Notes: generated by a model not told the origin, from the letters alone. DNA of 64,000 bases from an uncultured Haloferula sp. (GCA_965652295.1 CBFGTS010000013.1:1-64000); one strand, 5' to 3'. Shown: positions 1 to 8,925, counted from the first letter of the stretch. Numbers and translations are program-made.

Positions 1-60
1 CCTGCCCTTTCCCTGCCCTTTCCCTGCCCTTTCCCTGCCCTTTCCCTGCCCTTTCTCTGC
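1..60. repeat. 11-bp tandem repeat (CCCTGCCCTTT)n, about 5 copies, truncated by the window edge
   Basis: Direct reading of 1-60; the last copy is degenerate (CTCTGCCC). Confidence 0.9.
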
Positions 61-120
61 CCGCCACCTCGGCGCCTTCGGACGGCGGATCCGCTCTCCA
101 CGCACGCCACACCTGAAAAG

Positions 121-495
121 GAATGGCCCCGGTCTCGCTGGGGGAGAGATCCGGGGCCTTTCGGGGGGAGCCGGCTTGGGGGAGCCGGTTGTGTGAGTGT
201 GGGGGGAGCTTCCTGTGCTCGCCCGTAGATTCTCACGATTTCACTCATCCGCAATTCCCTCACTTGGAGGGGTTCCTGAATCCCGAAGGGCCGAACCCGG
301 AGAAGAGAATGGCCCCGGTCTCTGGGGGGAGAGAGCCGGGGCCTTTCGGGGGAAGTCAGCGTGGGGGCGCTGTCGGGGGGATTTCGAAACCGCGGGTTGC
401 GCGGCCGGTGAGCTTCTCGTGCTCGGGATGAGACTCCCACGATTTCCCGAATCCTCCTAGTCCTTCAATTGGAGGGATCCCCGACTCCGCTACCG
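121..495. repeat. Diverged tandem duplication (~186-bp period) of a multi-hairpin non-coding unit; candidate sRNA pair
   Basis: Units start GAATGGCCCCGGTCTC at 121 and 307. Shared blocks are CCGGGGCCTTTCGGGGG, GAGCTTC..GTGCTCG (206/410), AGAyTCyCACGATTTC (227/431) and TTGGAGGG. Hairpin loops are G5-6. Confidence 0.75.
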
Positions 496-622
496 GGAAC
501 AGCCACAAAAATTATCACAACTGATTGATTTCCGGTGACTTGTGATCCACACAAAAAAGAGATACTTCTTCGAAGATTCGCTTAAAAGACAAAGTAGCGC
601 ATTTTATTTTTTCAGCTATAGT

Positions 623-741
623 CACCGCTTATGATGGATTCATCGAATCCATCGGTGCCCTGTGCACAAAGATGGCTCCGCCTGCGGGCGGTGCCAAAGG
701 GGCGTACGGAACCGGGGGGAACCGTGCGTCCCGCTCTTTTT
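623..741 (+). ncRNA. Candidate structured ncRNA or leader (3-4 hairpins ending in a terminator-like stem plus T run)
   Basis: TATAGT at 617-622 after an AT-rich tract; hairpins at 633-653 and 673-696; stem 699-732 with G-U pairs on the + strand, followed by TTTTT. Confidence 0.35.
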
Positions 742-1325
742 AAAGGGGGAGCTTCCGTCAGCTCCGGCTCTCCTCGTTGAAAAACGCACGCTCCCCCCAT
801 CCGACTGGCCGGCCTGTTTCCGCGCTTAAGGGTGAATAAGAGGATTTTCCCAGAGCCCGTTTGTGGATCGGCGAAGATGCCTTATCAGTAAATCCGGCAA
901 CGTAAGGGGAGGAGGAAGACTCCGCCGCTTCAAACGCTAACCGTACCGGAGCGAAGTGCGCCGGCGGAACCGGCTGGGGGGCCGGGCCGCGGGTGCGGGG
1001 GCGCCTGGAAAAGGCGGCCCGTCCGTCCCGGTCACGGAAATGGCGCATGGCTTCTGGGGGGAGGTCATGCGCCTCATCGTGTCCGGACCCTCACTGCCCA
1101 GCCTCCGGCCAACTGGGGAAGATGATTGGCCGGAGACCCGGGTAAAAATGCAGCGCTCGTCGTGGCTGCCAGCGAGTGCCTCGCACCATTTCGCTTTTCA
1201 CTCCTCGCCACCACTACGCTTTCGCGTTCACGCGTTCGTGCGGGGATGAAGCTGGATCTCGAAGCCCCGCTGACCTACTTTCCCTTGTGGTGGCGGATCT
1301 TTCCCGTGTTATCAGGCATTGCCTT

Positions 1326-2150
1326 ATGACGCCTCCCGATTGTCCCGACTGCCCTCAGCCGAACGCCGACCACCGGATCGATCAGGAAGAGATCGATAAG
1401 GAAATCCGCTTCGAGTTGGAGCACCCCGACCGCACCCTGCTCGGTGGTCCGCAGTCCCGCTGGCGGGAGTTCAAGACCCTCGTCCGCGTCTCCCTTGATC
1501 TCGTCCGCGCCTTCCGCACCCTGCATTTCGCCGGACCCTGCGTGACCATTTTCGGCTCCGCCCGCACCAAGCCGGGCACCACCTACTACGAGCTGGCCCG
1601 TACCATGGGCGGGAAGTGCGCCAACCTCGGGTTCACCGTCGTGACCGGCGGCGGCCCCGGCATCATGGAGGCGGGAAACCGAGGTGCTTTCGAAGCCGGT
1701 GGCCGCTCCATCGGCATCAACATCGAGCTTCCCTTCGAACAAAGCGGCAACCCCTACCTCACCCGCTCGGTCAACATGCATTACTTCTTCACGCGCAAGA
1801 CCATCCTCGTGAAATACTCCTACGCCTTCATCGTCATGCCCGGCGGGGCGGGCACCATGGATGAGATGTTCGAAACCATGACGCTCATCCAGACCGGAAA
1901 AATCCGGAATTTTCCCATCGTCCTCATGGGCAAGGACTACTGGCAGCCGCTGATGGACTTCGTCTACCACATGGCCGATGCCGGTACCATCAGCCCCGGC
2001 GACCCCGAGCTGATCTTCTTCACCGACGACCCCGAGGAAGCGATCGCCCACATCAACCGCCACGCCGTGCGGCAGTTCGGCCTGAGGAAGGAACGCCATC
2101 GGAAACCCAAGGCCATCCTCGGAGAGCGCAAGACGCCCGCGGCGGGCTGA
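1326..2150 (+). CDS. LOG family protein (TIGR00730 Rossmann fold, nucleotide phosphoribohydrolase-like)
   Basis: VTIFGSAR, TGGGPGIMEA, YFFTRK and PGGAGTMDE motifs; ATG at 1326. Confidence 0.9.
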   Translation: MTPPDCPDCPQPNADHRIDQEEIDKEIRFELEHPDRTLLGGPQSRWREFKTLVRVSLDLVRAFRTLHFAGPCVTIFGSARTKPGTTYYELARTMGGKCANLGFTVVTGGGPGIMEAGNRGAFEAGGRSIGINIELPFEQSGNPYLTRSVNMHYFFTRKTILVKYSYAFIVMPGGAGTMDEMFETMTLIQTGKIRNFPIVLMGKDYWQPLMDFVYHMADAGTISPGDPELIFFTDDPEEAIAHINRHAVRQFGLRKERHRKPKAILGERKTPAAG

Positions 2151-2218
2151 ATGTGGAAGGAACAACGGCTCTATTGTGAATAGTACGGCATCAATGCGGG
2201 TTCCGGTGGTTTTTCATG

Positions 2219-2264
2219 ACCCCGGAGGGGTGCTGGAAATTAGCCGGTGGGGATAACCACCGGA
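2219..2264 (+). repeat. Solo copy of the repeat family that flanks tnpA at 17118-17561
   Basis: ACCCCGGAGGGGTGCTGGAAATTAGCCGGTGG..CCACCGG resembles GCCCCGGAGGGGCTTCGGACATTAGCCGGTGG..CCACCGG. Confidence 0.7.
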
Positions 2265-2423
2265 AAGCGATCCATCATCAACCAAGCCCCGGCCGAGGCG
2301 ATGGAAGCCAAATCGGAGCCTAATCCCGTGCCATTCGGCTCTGTCGTTCTTCACGAGTTCCGGAGGCAACATCTCGCACCGTCTCGCTCGACACCCCCAC
2401 CCGCCTCCCCTATTCCCACCCCC

Positions 2424-2822
2424 GTGCGCGTCCTCCGCGTCATCCTCGTTCTCGGAGCCATCCTCCACCTCACCGGAGGTCATTGGGGCGTGCTTCAATG
2501 TGTCGCCTGGACGAAAATGATCGTGGACTACTCCGCGCAGGACGGCTGGCTCGAAGGCACCCGCAAAACATTCGGCGGCGAGCATCCTTGTGCCATGTGC
2601 AAGTCCATCGCCGCCGCGAAACAGGAGGAACACCGGGAGCCCGAGCAAGCGCCAGCCCGCGTGAGGGACCTTGCGTTCAAAGACCTCACGCTTCCCGCCT
2701 CCAGCCAGCTCTCAAGACCCCGGCTCAACGAGGTTGCGTTCGTAACCTCCCCCGGCCCCCTTCTGCCACCGACACGACGTCCGGAGCGCCCGCCCCTTCC
2801 TCCGCCCAGGCATTTGGCCTGA
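2424..2822 (+). CDS. Small exported/membrane protein with HPCxxC and a C-terminal proline-rich tail (DUF2946/CruR/CutF-like upstream ORF)
   Basis: GTG start, hydrophobic N-terminus, HPCAMC, ends RRPERPPLPPPRHLA; directly upstream of a TonB receptor. Confidence 0.7.
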   Translation: MRVLRVILVLGAILHLTGGHWGVLQCVAWTKMIVDYSAQDGWLEGTRKTFGGEHPCAMCKSIAAAKQEEHREPEQAPARVRDLAFKDLTLPASSQLSRPRLNEVAFVTSPGPLLPPTRRPERPPLPPPRHLA

Positions 2823-3010
2823 TCTCCACCGTCATCGCTCGCACCTCCTCCCGCTCGGAAGAGCGCGCGAGCTGATGCCGATGCCTTCCCCGGGCGGCAC
2901 CGCGTTTCCACGCAACCGCTGCCCGGCACTCCGTCTCTGCGGCTGAGTGCGCCTCCCTACCGGCGCGGCCGTCCGTCTCTTGATGCTCCAGCACTCCCAT
3001 CTCTCACTCC

Positions 3011-5089
3011 GTGAAAACCATTCATCTTCTCATCCTTCTTTCTCCACTGTCCGCTCAAGACGTGCTCGATCCTCTGGTGGTCGATGCCTCCTCACCCATC
3101 TCCACCGTTCCGTCGCTCCAGCAGAGCCGCGAACGCCTCGGCGAAGTCGCCGGCGGCACCAACCTCGTCGATCCCGAAAGCTACCTCACCGGCCGCGCCT
3201 CCACCGTCGCAGACACCTTCGCTTACGAGCCCGGCGTCGTCGCCCAGTCCCGCTTCGGCTCCGACGAAGCCCGGCTTTCGATCCGCGGTTCCGGCCTCCA
3301 GCGCACCTTCCACGGCCGCGGCATCCGCGTGCTTCAGGATGGCGTTCCCATCAACCTCGCCGACGGAGGCTTCGACTTCCAGGCGCTCGATCCCCTCGCC
3401 GCCTCCCACATCCTCGTCTGGCGCGGGGCCAATGCCCTCGCCTACGGCTCGTCCACCCTCGGCGGGGCCATCGACTACATCTCGAAAACCGGCCGAAGCC
3501 ACCCCGGCACCGGCTTTCGCGCCGAAGCGGGCTCCTACGGCTATCTCCGTACCCGCATCGAACATGGCGGCGCCTCACCGAAGGGCGACTTCCACCTCTC
3601 TCTCTCCCAGGCGTCGCAGGACGGCTTCCGCGACCACGCCGCGCAGTCGGCCCAGCGGCTGCTTTCCAACTTCGGCCTGCTTCTCGCGGACGACCTCGAA
3701 ACCAGCTTCTTCCTTACCACCGTCCACACCGACTCCGAACTCCCCGGCAGCCTTACCAAAGCCGAACTGAACCACGATCCCTCCCTCGCCGACACCAGCC
3801 CCTTCGGCGCGCGATTCTACGACAACCGCAGGGACTTCGAACTCGTCCGACTCGCCAACACGACCACCCTCCACCGCGATGACTTCACGTGGGACGTGTC
3901 CGCCGCTTGGACCTACAAGGACCTCGATCACCCGATCACGCCCTTCGCTGGCGTGATCGATCAGCTCTCGAACGACCTGCTTCTCTCCACCCGCCTCCGT
4001 CACGAGCACCTCCTCTTCGGTCGACCCAACACCCTCGTCGCCGGTCTTCTCCACACCTATGGGGAAACCCGCGACTCGCGCTACGAGAACGTCCGCGGCC
4101 GGCGCGGCGCGCTTCGCAGCAGCGACGACCAGACAGCCTCGAACCTCGAGGCATGGATCGAAAACCAGCACTCCCTCGAAAGCGGCTTCACCGCCATCGT
4201 CGGCGCTTCCGCCGCCCGCAATACCCGCAAGGTCGAACGCCGCTTCACCCGCTCCACGGCCCATCCACCGTTCTACTTCCCGCCGGCCGCCGGTGCCACC
4301 TTCGGCTACGAGGAAACCTACACCGGGTTCTCGCCAAAGATCGGCCTGCTCTGGGAAGGCCAGAACCTCCAGGTCTTCGCCAACCTCTCGCGCTCCTACG
4401 AGCCGCCGAGCTTCTCGGAAACCGTCACCGCCAACACCCCCCGCGACGCTCAGTCCGGCACCACGCTGGAACTCGGCACCCGCGGCGCCCGTGGTGTCGT
4501 CCGCTGGGATTTCGTCCTCTATCACGCCCGGATCCAAAACGAGCTTCTCACCCTCAACGATCCCCTCAACCCAGGCATCACCACCACCGTCAACGCCAAC
4601 GACACCACCCACTCCGGCATCGAACTCGGCACCGAACTCGACGTACTAGGTTCACCGTGGATCGAGACGACCCCGAACCACCGCCTCGTCCTGCGCGGTG
4701 CCTGGACCTACAGCCGCTTCCGTTTCGATAACGACCCGGTCTACGGCGACAACCGCATCGCCGGCCTCCCGCCTCACCTGATCCGCGCCGAGCTTTTGTG
4801 GGAAAACCGCTGCGGCTGGTACGCCGGCCCCACTGTCGAGTGGATCCCCGTGAAATCCTACATCGACCACCGCAACACCTTCGCCGCCGATCCCTACGCG
4901 CTGCTTGGATTCAAGCTCGGCCGCCGCGTCGAAGAAGGACTCTCATGGTTCCTCGAAGCCCGCAATCTCCTCGAGGAACGCTACGCCGCTACCCACGGCG
5001 TCATCGAAAACGCCAACGCCACCGACCAGCGCCAGTTCCTCCCTGGCGAAGGCCGCTCGTTCTACGCTGGGGTCGAGTACCGCTGGTAA
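3011..5089 (+). CDS. TonB-dependent outer membrane receptor
   Basis: Signal peptide, plug motifs SIRGSG / LQDGVPIN / RGANALAYGSSTLGGAIDY, C-terminal GRSFYAGVEYRW. Confidence 0.93.
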   Translation: MKTIHLLILLSPLSAQDVLDPLVVDASSPISTVPSLQQSRERLGEVAGGTNLVDPESYLTGRASTVADTFAYEPGVVAQSRFGSDEARLSIRGSGLQRTFHGRGIRVLQDGVPINLADGGFDFQALDPLAASHILVWRGANALAYGSSTLGGAIDYISKTGRSHPGTGFRAEAGSYGYLRTRIEHGGASPKGDFHLSLSQASQDGFRDHAAQSAQRLLSNFGLLLADDLETSFFLTTVHTDSELPGSLTKAELNHDPSLADTSPFGARFYDNRRDFELVRLANTTTLHRDDFTWDVSAAWTYKDLDHPITPFAGVIDQLSNDLLLSTRLRHEHLLFGRPNTLVAGLLHTYGETRDSRYENVRGRRGALRSSDDQTASNLEAWIENQHSLESGFTAIVGASAARNTRKVERRFTRSTAHPPFYFPPAAGATFGYEETYTGFSPKIGLLWEGQNLQVFANLSRSYEPPSFSETVTANTPRDAQSGTTLELGTRGARGVVRWDFVLYHARIQNELLTLNDPLNPGITTTVNANDTTHSGIELGTELDVLGSPWIETTPNHRLVLRGAWTYSRFRFDNDPVYGDNRIAGLPPHLIRAELLWENRCGWYAGPTVEWIPVKSYIDHRNTFAADPYALLGFKLGRRVEEGLSWFLEARNLLEERYAATHGVIENANATDQRQFLPGEGRSFYAGVEYRW

Positions 5090-5103
5090 CCCCGGCGGGG
5101 CGG

Positions 5104-5682
5104 CTACAACAACGCTTCAGAAAACTCCGCCAACCTCTCTGCCAGCGCGATCCCCGCGGTCGTTGGCGGGAGGCGATCGAGATCGTCCAGCTCCCAGCGG
5201 AAAATCACCTTGTAGCCGTCCCACTCCGCCTCCGCACCGGTGTCGCGCATCCAGCGGACCGCTCTCACGTTTTCCGGCATGGTGTAGCCGACGAACCGCC
5301 GGATCCCCACCCGCCGCGCCGCCAGCCACAGCACCGCCAAGAGCAGGGTTCCCACACCTTTCCGCTGATCCGCATCCAACACCGTGCAGGAAAACTCCGC
5401 CTCCTCCGGCTGTTCGGCGGAGCGCCAGAAGCTCGCCGCCCCCAGCCCGGGATACTCCCGGGCCGGATCCAACACCGCCCACACCGCATGGTTGCCGGCC
5501 TCCTGCTTCAGCAACCGATCCAGCATCCGGTCGCCGATCACCTCTCCGGTACGCGACCAAAAACGCTGGTAACGCGACTCAGGCGACAGCCGGCGGTAGC
5601 CCTCGGCCAGGCTGCCGCGATCCGCCGGAACCAAAGGCCGAACCAGCACCTCGGTGCCGTCCGCCAAGACCGTTTCTATCAT
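5104..5682 (-). CDS. GNAT family N-acetyltransferase (stand-alone, resembles the Pat/Pka GNAT domain)
   Basis: LSPESRYQRF, acetyl-CoA motif QRKGVGT, and PEN. Confidence 0.85.
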   Translation of the reverse strand: MIETVLADGTEVLVRPLVPADRGSLAEGYRRLSPESRYQRFWSRTGEVIGDRMLDRLLKQEAGNHAVWAVLDPAREYPGLGAASFWRSAEQPEEAEFSCTVLDADQRKGVGTLLLAVLWLAARRVGIRRFVGYTMPENVRAVRWMRDTGAEAEWDGYKVIFRWELDDLDRLPPTTAGIALAERLAEFSEALL

Positions 5683-5831
5683 GCCGCCATGCTAGCCGCG
5701 CCCACGGACCGACGCAACGACCGCTTGGCGGATCGTCCCGCAGCCCGCAATCTCCCATCGATTTCCCAAGCGCTTCATCCTGCCTTCACCGAAGCCCCGG
5801 CATCTGAAAACCCCGAACCACCGGACACGCC

Positions 5832-6524
5832 ATGCCCCGCATCCTCCTCGTCGAAGACGAACCGTCCATCGCCGACACGCTCGTCTACGCGCTGAAAACC
5901 GAATGCCTTGAGGTCACCCACTCGCTCACCGGCAGCCTCGCGCTGGACCTCCACGCCGAAGACCCGTTCGATTTCATCATCCTCGACATCGGCCTGCCCG
6001 ACATCACCGGCCTCGAGGTCTGCAAGCAGCTTCGCGAAACCTCCTCCGTCCCCATCCTTTTCCTCACCGCACGCGATGGCGAGATCGACCGCATCCTCGG
6101 TCTCGAACTCGGTGGCGACGACTACGTCACCAAGCCCTTCTCCCCACGCGAGGTCGTCGCCCGCGTCCGCGCCATCCTCCGCCGCAGCGGAAACAACGGC
6201 CACGAAATACCCGACCCCGTCCCCGGTCCATCCAGCTCCCCCCTCACCCACGACGAAGCCACCATGCGGGTCCTGCTCCACGGCCAGCCGCTGGATTTAA
6301 CGGCGCACGAATACAAACTGCTCCTCGTCTTCCTCAAACGCCCCCACCGCGTCTTCACCCGCGATCAACTCCTCGACCTCGCCTGGGACGACCCGGGCGC
6401 CGTGACCGACCGCACCATCGACGCCCACATCAAAACCATCCGCGCCAAGCTCCGCGACCGCAACGCCGGCTCCGAGAACCTCATCGAAACCCGCCGAGGA
6501 CTCGGATACGCCTACGAGCCGTAG
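5832..6524 (+). CDS. creB: Two-component response regulator, CreB-like (OmpR family)
   Basis: ILLVEDEPSIADTL, LDIGLPD, KPFSPREV, DRTIDAHIKTIRAKL, TRRGLGY. Confidence 0.85.
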   Translation: MPRILLVEDEPSIADTLVYALKTECLEVTHSLTGSLALDLHAEDPFDFIILDIGLPDITGLEVCKQLRETSSVPILFLTARDGEIDRILGLELGGDDYVTKPFSPREVVARVRAILRRSGNNGHEIPDPVPGPSSSPLTHDEATMRVLLHGQPLDLTAHEYKLLLVFLKRPHRVFTRDQLLDLAWDDPGAVTDRTIDAHIKTIRAKLRDRNAGSENLIETRRGLGYAYEP

Positions 6525-6550
6525 AGATCGCCCAAGTTCAGCTCCCCCGT

Positions 6551-6580
6551 TTGAAACGGAAAATTTGAAACCTGAAACTT
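6551..6580 (+). repeat. Short heptamer-period repeat (TGAAACN-like) directly upstream of creC
   Basis: TTGAAACGGAAAATTTGAAACCTGAAACTT. Confidence 0.5.
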
Positions 6581-6582
6581 AA

Positions 6583-7998
6583 GTGCGCCTCACCCGCCTC
6601 ACCCTGATTGCGATCGTCCTGGTCATCATCTCGGGCTTTCACTTCCTGCTCCGCTATCAACTCGATGAGGTGGCCCCGCGCACCTACCAGGCGACCGAGG
6701 AAAGCATGGTCGACACCGCCCACCTGCTCGCCTCGATGATCGGCGAGGACCTCGATCCCGGTCCGCTGCCCGATGCTTTCCGCGAGGCGCATCGGCATCA
6801 CTTCGAGGCGAAAATCTACGAACACGTCAAGAAACGCGTCAGCTTCCACTGCTACGTTACCGACGCCGAGGGCATTGTCATCTTCGACTCCGACAACGGC
6901 TCCCGGATCGGAGAAGACCTCTCCCGCTTCAACGACGTTTCCCGCACCCTCAGCGGCGAATACGGAGCACGCAGTAGCAGGACCGACGAGCACGATTCCA
7001 CCACCTCCATTCTTCACGTCGCCGCACCGATCGGCAATCCGCGTGCACCGGCCGGCGTGCTCACCTTGACCAAGCCCCAGTCCGACGTGCTGCCCATCGT
7101 CAACCGTCGCCGCGCCGAGATCTGGTGGGGCACCGGTCTCATCGGCGGCGGCATCCTGTGTTTCGTCACCGCCGTCTTCATCTGGCAGTACCGGCCCGTC
7201 AGCCTCCTCACCGAATATGCCCACGCCATCGAGGAAGGGAAACGCCCGCCCGTCCCCAAACTCGGAGCCGGCCGCGAAGTGAACACGCTCGCCCGCGCAC
7301 TTGAATCGATGCGCGAGGCACTCGAAGGCCGCAAATATGCCGAGCGCTACGTCCAGACGCTCACCCACGAGATGAAGAGCCCGCTGGCCGCCATCCGCGG
7401 AGCGGCCGAGCTGCTTGAGGAGGACATGCCGGAAGACGACCGCCGCCGTTTCATGGACAACATCCGCGCCGAGGCCCTCCGCGCCGACCGCCTGCTCAAC
7501 CGCCTGCTCGAACTCTCCGCCCTCGAAGGACGCAGCGGTCTCAACGCCACGACAGAAACCGACCTCCGCGAGATCACCCTCCGCGCCCTCGACCAAGCCC
7601 GGCCGCTGGCTGAGCTCGCCGACGTGCCGCTTGAGGCCGACCTGCCGGCCTCGCCCGTCCCGCTTCGGGGCGATCCCTTCATCCTGCGTGCCGCGATCAC
7701 CAACCTGCTGGAGAACGCCATCGATTTCTCCCCCGCTGGGGAAAGCGTCCGCATCTCCCTCAAACCCGGCGACCCGATCATCCTCACCATCGAGGATCTC
7801 GGCCCCGGAATTCCCGACTACGCCCACGACAAGATCTTCGAGCGATTCTTTTCGCTCCGTCAGCTGAACACCGGTCGCAAAGGCACCGGCCTCGGTCTCA
7901 CACTCGTCAAGGAAACCGCCGAGCTCCACGGAGGAACCATCTCCCTCGACGCCGCCAAGCCCCACGGCACCCGCGCGACTTTGACGCTTCCGTCTTAA
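6583..7998 (+). CDS. creC: Sensor histidine kinase, CreC-like
   Basis: Two TM segments, GEYGARSSR, H-box YVQTLTHEMKSPLAAIRGAAELL, N box NLLENAIDFSP, GTGLGL. Confidence 0.88.
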   Translation: MRLTRLTLIAIVLVIISGFHFLLRYQLDEVAPRTYQATEESMVDTAHLLASMIGEDLDPGPLPDAFREAHRHHFEAKIYEHVKKRVSFHCYVTDAEGIVIFDSDNGSRIGEDLSRFNDVSRTLSGEYGARSSRTDEHDSTTSILHVAAPIGNPRAPAGVLTLTKPQSDVLPIVNRRRAEIWWGTGLIGGGILCFVTAVFIWQYRPVSLLTEYAHAIEEGKRPPVPKLGAGREVNTLARALESMREALEGRKYAERYVQTLTHEMKSPLAAIRGAAELLEEDMPEDDRRRFMDNIRAEALRADRLLNRLLELSALEGRSGLNATTETDLREITLRALDQARPLAELADVPLEADLPASPVPLRGDPFILRAAITNLLENAIDFSPAGESVRISLKPGDPIILTIEDLGPGIPDYAHDKIFERFFSLRQLNTGRKGTGLGLTLVKETAELHGGTISLDAAKPHGTRATLTLPS

Positions 7999-8157
7999 AC
8001 GGAACGGCGAAACGCGTTCGCCGCGAGCCGCCCCACGACCCCCGCCTTCCCGGCGGACATGTTCCGCCGCTCCTCTACCCCGCCATTCCAACTTCCCTTG
8101 GTTTTCTCGGCCCCTTCATCCTTTCATCATTCCGGCCGCCTTCCCTGAGGTCACCCG

Positions 8158-8925
8158 ATGCGCGCCCTTCTCGATCCACCCCTCGAAACCCTCGCCCGCC
8201 CCACCGGAAGGGACCTGGCTCGCGCGGCGGCGATCACCACTCTGGGCTTCGCCGTGTATGGCTTCACCACCGGGTTCTGGCGCTCACCCCTCATGGGCCT
8301 CTATGTCGCGGTCAAAATGCCGCTGCTCATCGCCTGCACGCTCGCCTGCAACGGTCTTCTCAACGGCCTGCTCGGTCTGCTGCTGGGCAGCAACCTCGGC
8401 TTCCGGCAATCGCTCCAGGCCCTCCTTGGTGCCTTCGCTATTTCCGCGCTCATCCTCGGCTCGGTCGCGCCCGTCACCTTCTTCCTCGCGCTCAATGCCC
8501 CGCCGCCCGGGTCGCCTCAGGCCGCCACTTCCCACGCCGCCTATCTCCTTTCCCACACCACGCTGATCGGCATCGCCGGCTGCATCGGCGTGGTGCGTCT
8601 GCGCCGACAGCTCGAAAGCTACTGCCCGTCTCGTAGTTCCGCCCTCGCAACCCTCGCCGCATGGATCGCCGGCAACGCCTTCCTCGGCGCGCAGTTCTCC
8701 TGGATCTTCCGACCCTTCTTCGGCTCGCCGGCTCTCGACGTCGCCTTCCTCCGCCCCGATCCCATGCGCGGCAGCTTCTACGAGGCCGTCTGGGGTTCCA
8801 CACGCCGTCTCTTCGGCGGCATCGAGCCGGCCCTGCTGGGTTTCCCGCTCCTCCTTCTCGTCATCATCGTGCTTTTCACCTCCGCCTGCCGGCAACTCCA
8901 CTCCACTCCGACTCAACAACCATGA
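8158..8925 (+). CDS. Hypothetical multi-pass membrane protein (Yip1-like; paralog of the next gene)
   Basis: 5-6 hydrophobic segments, QFSWIFRPFFG motif. Confidence 0.75.
   Translation: MRALLDPPLETLARPTGRDLARAAAITTLGFAVYGFTTGFWRSPLMGLYVAVKMPLLIACTLACNGLLNGLLGLLLGSNLGFRQSLQALLGAFAISALILGSVAPVTFFLALNAPPPGSPQAATSHAAYLLSHTTLIGIAGCIGVVRLRRQLESYCPSRSSALATLAAWIAGNAFLGAQFSWIFRPFFGSPALDVAFLRPDPMRGSFYEAVWGSTRRLFGGIEPALLGFPLLLLVIIVLFTSACRQLHSTPTQQP

Noticed and set aside
121..495. CRISPR array interpretation of the duplicated hairpins, and of the REP pairs
   Set aside because: Only two diverged long units, or inverted rather than direct repeats; no regular repeat-spacer period and no cas genes
623..741. 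Known riboswitch (c-di-GMP-I, fluoride, SAM, cobalamin)
   Set aside because: Only fragmentary resemblance; the conserved cores are not present by eye
123..1329. Short ORFs of 60-100 aa in the first 1.3 kb
   Set aside because: No recognisable motifs; they arise from GC-rich hairpins, and the frame is not conserved between the duplicated units
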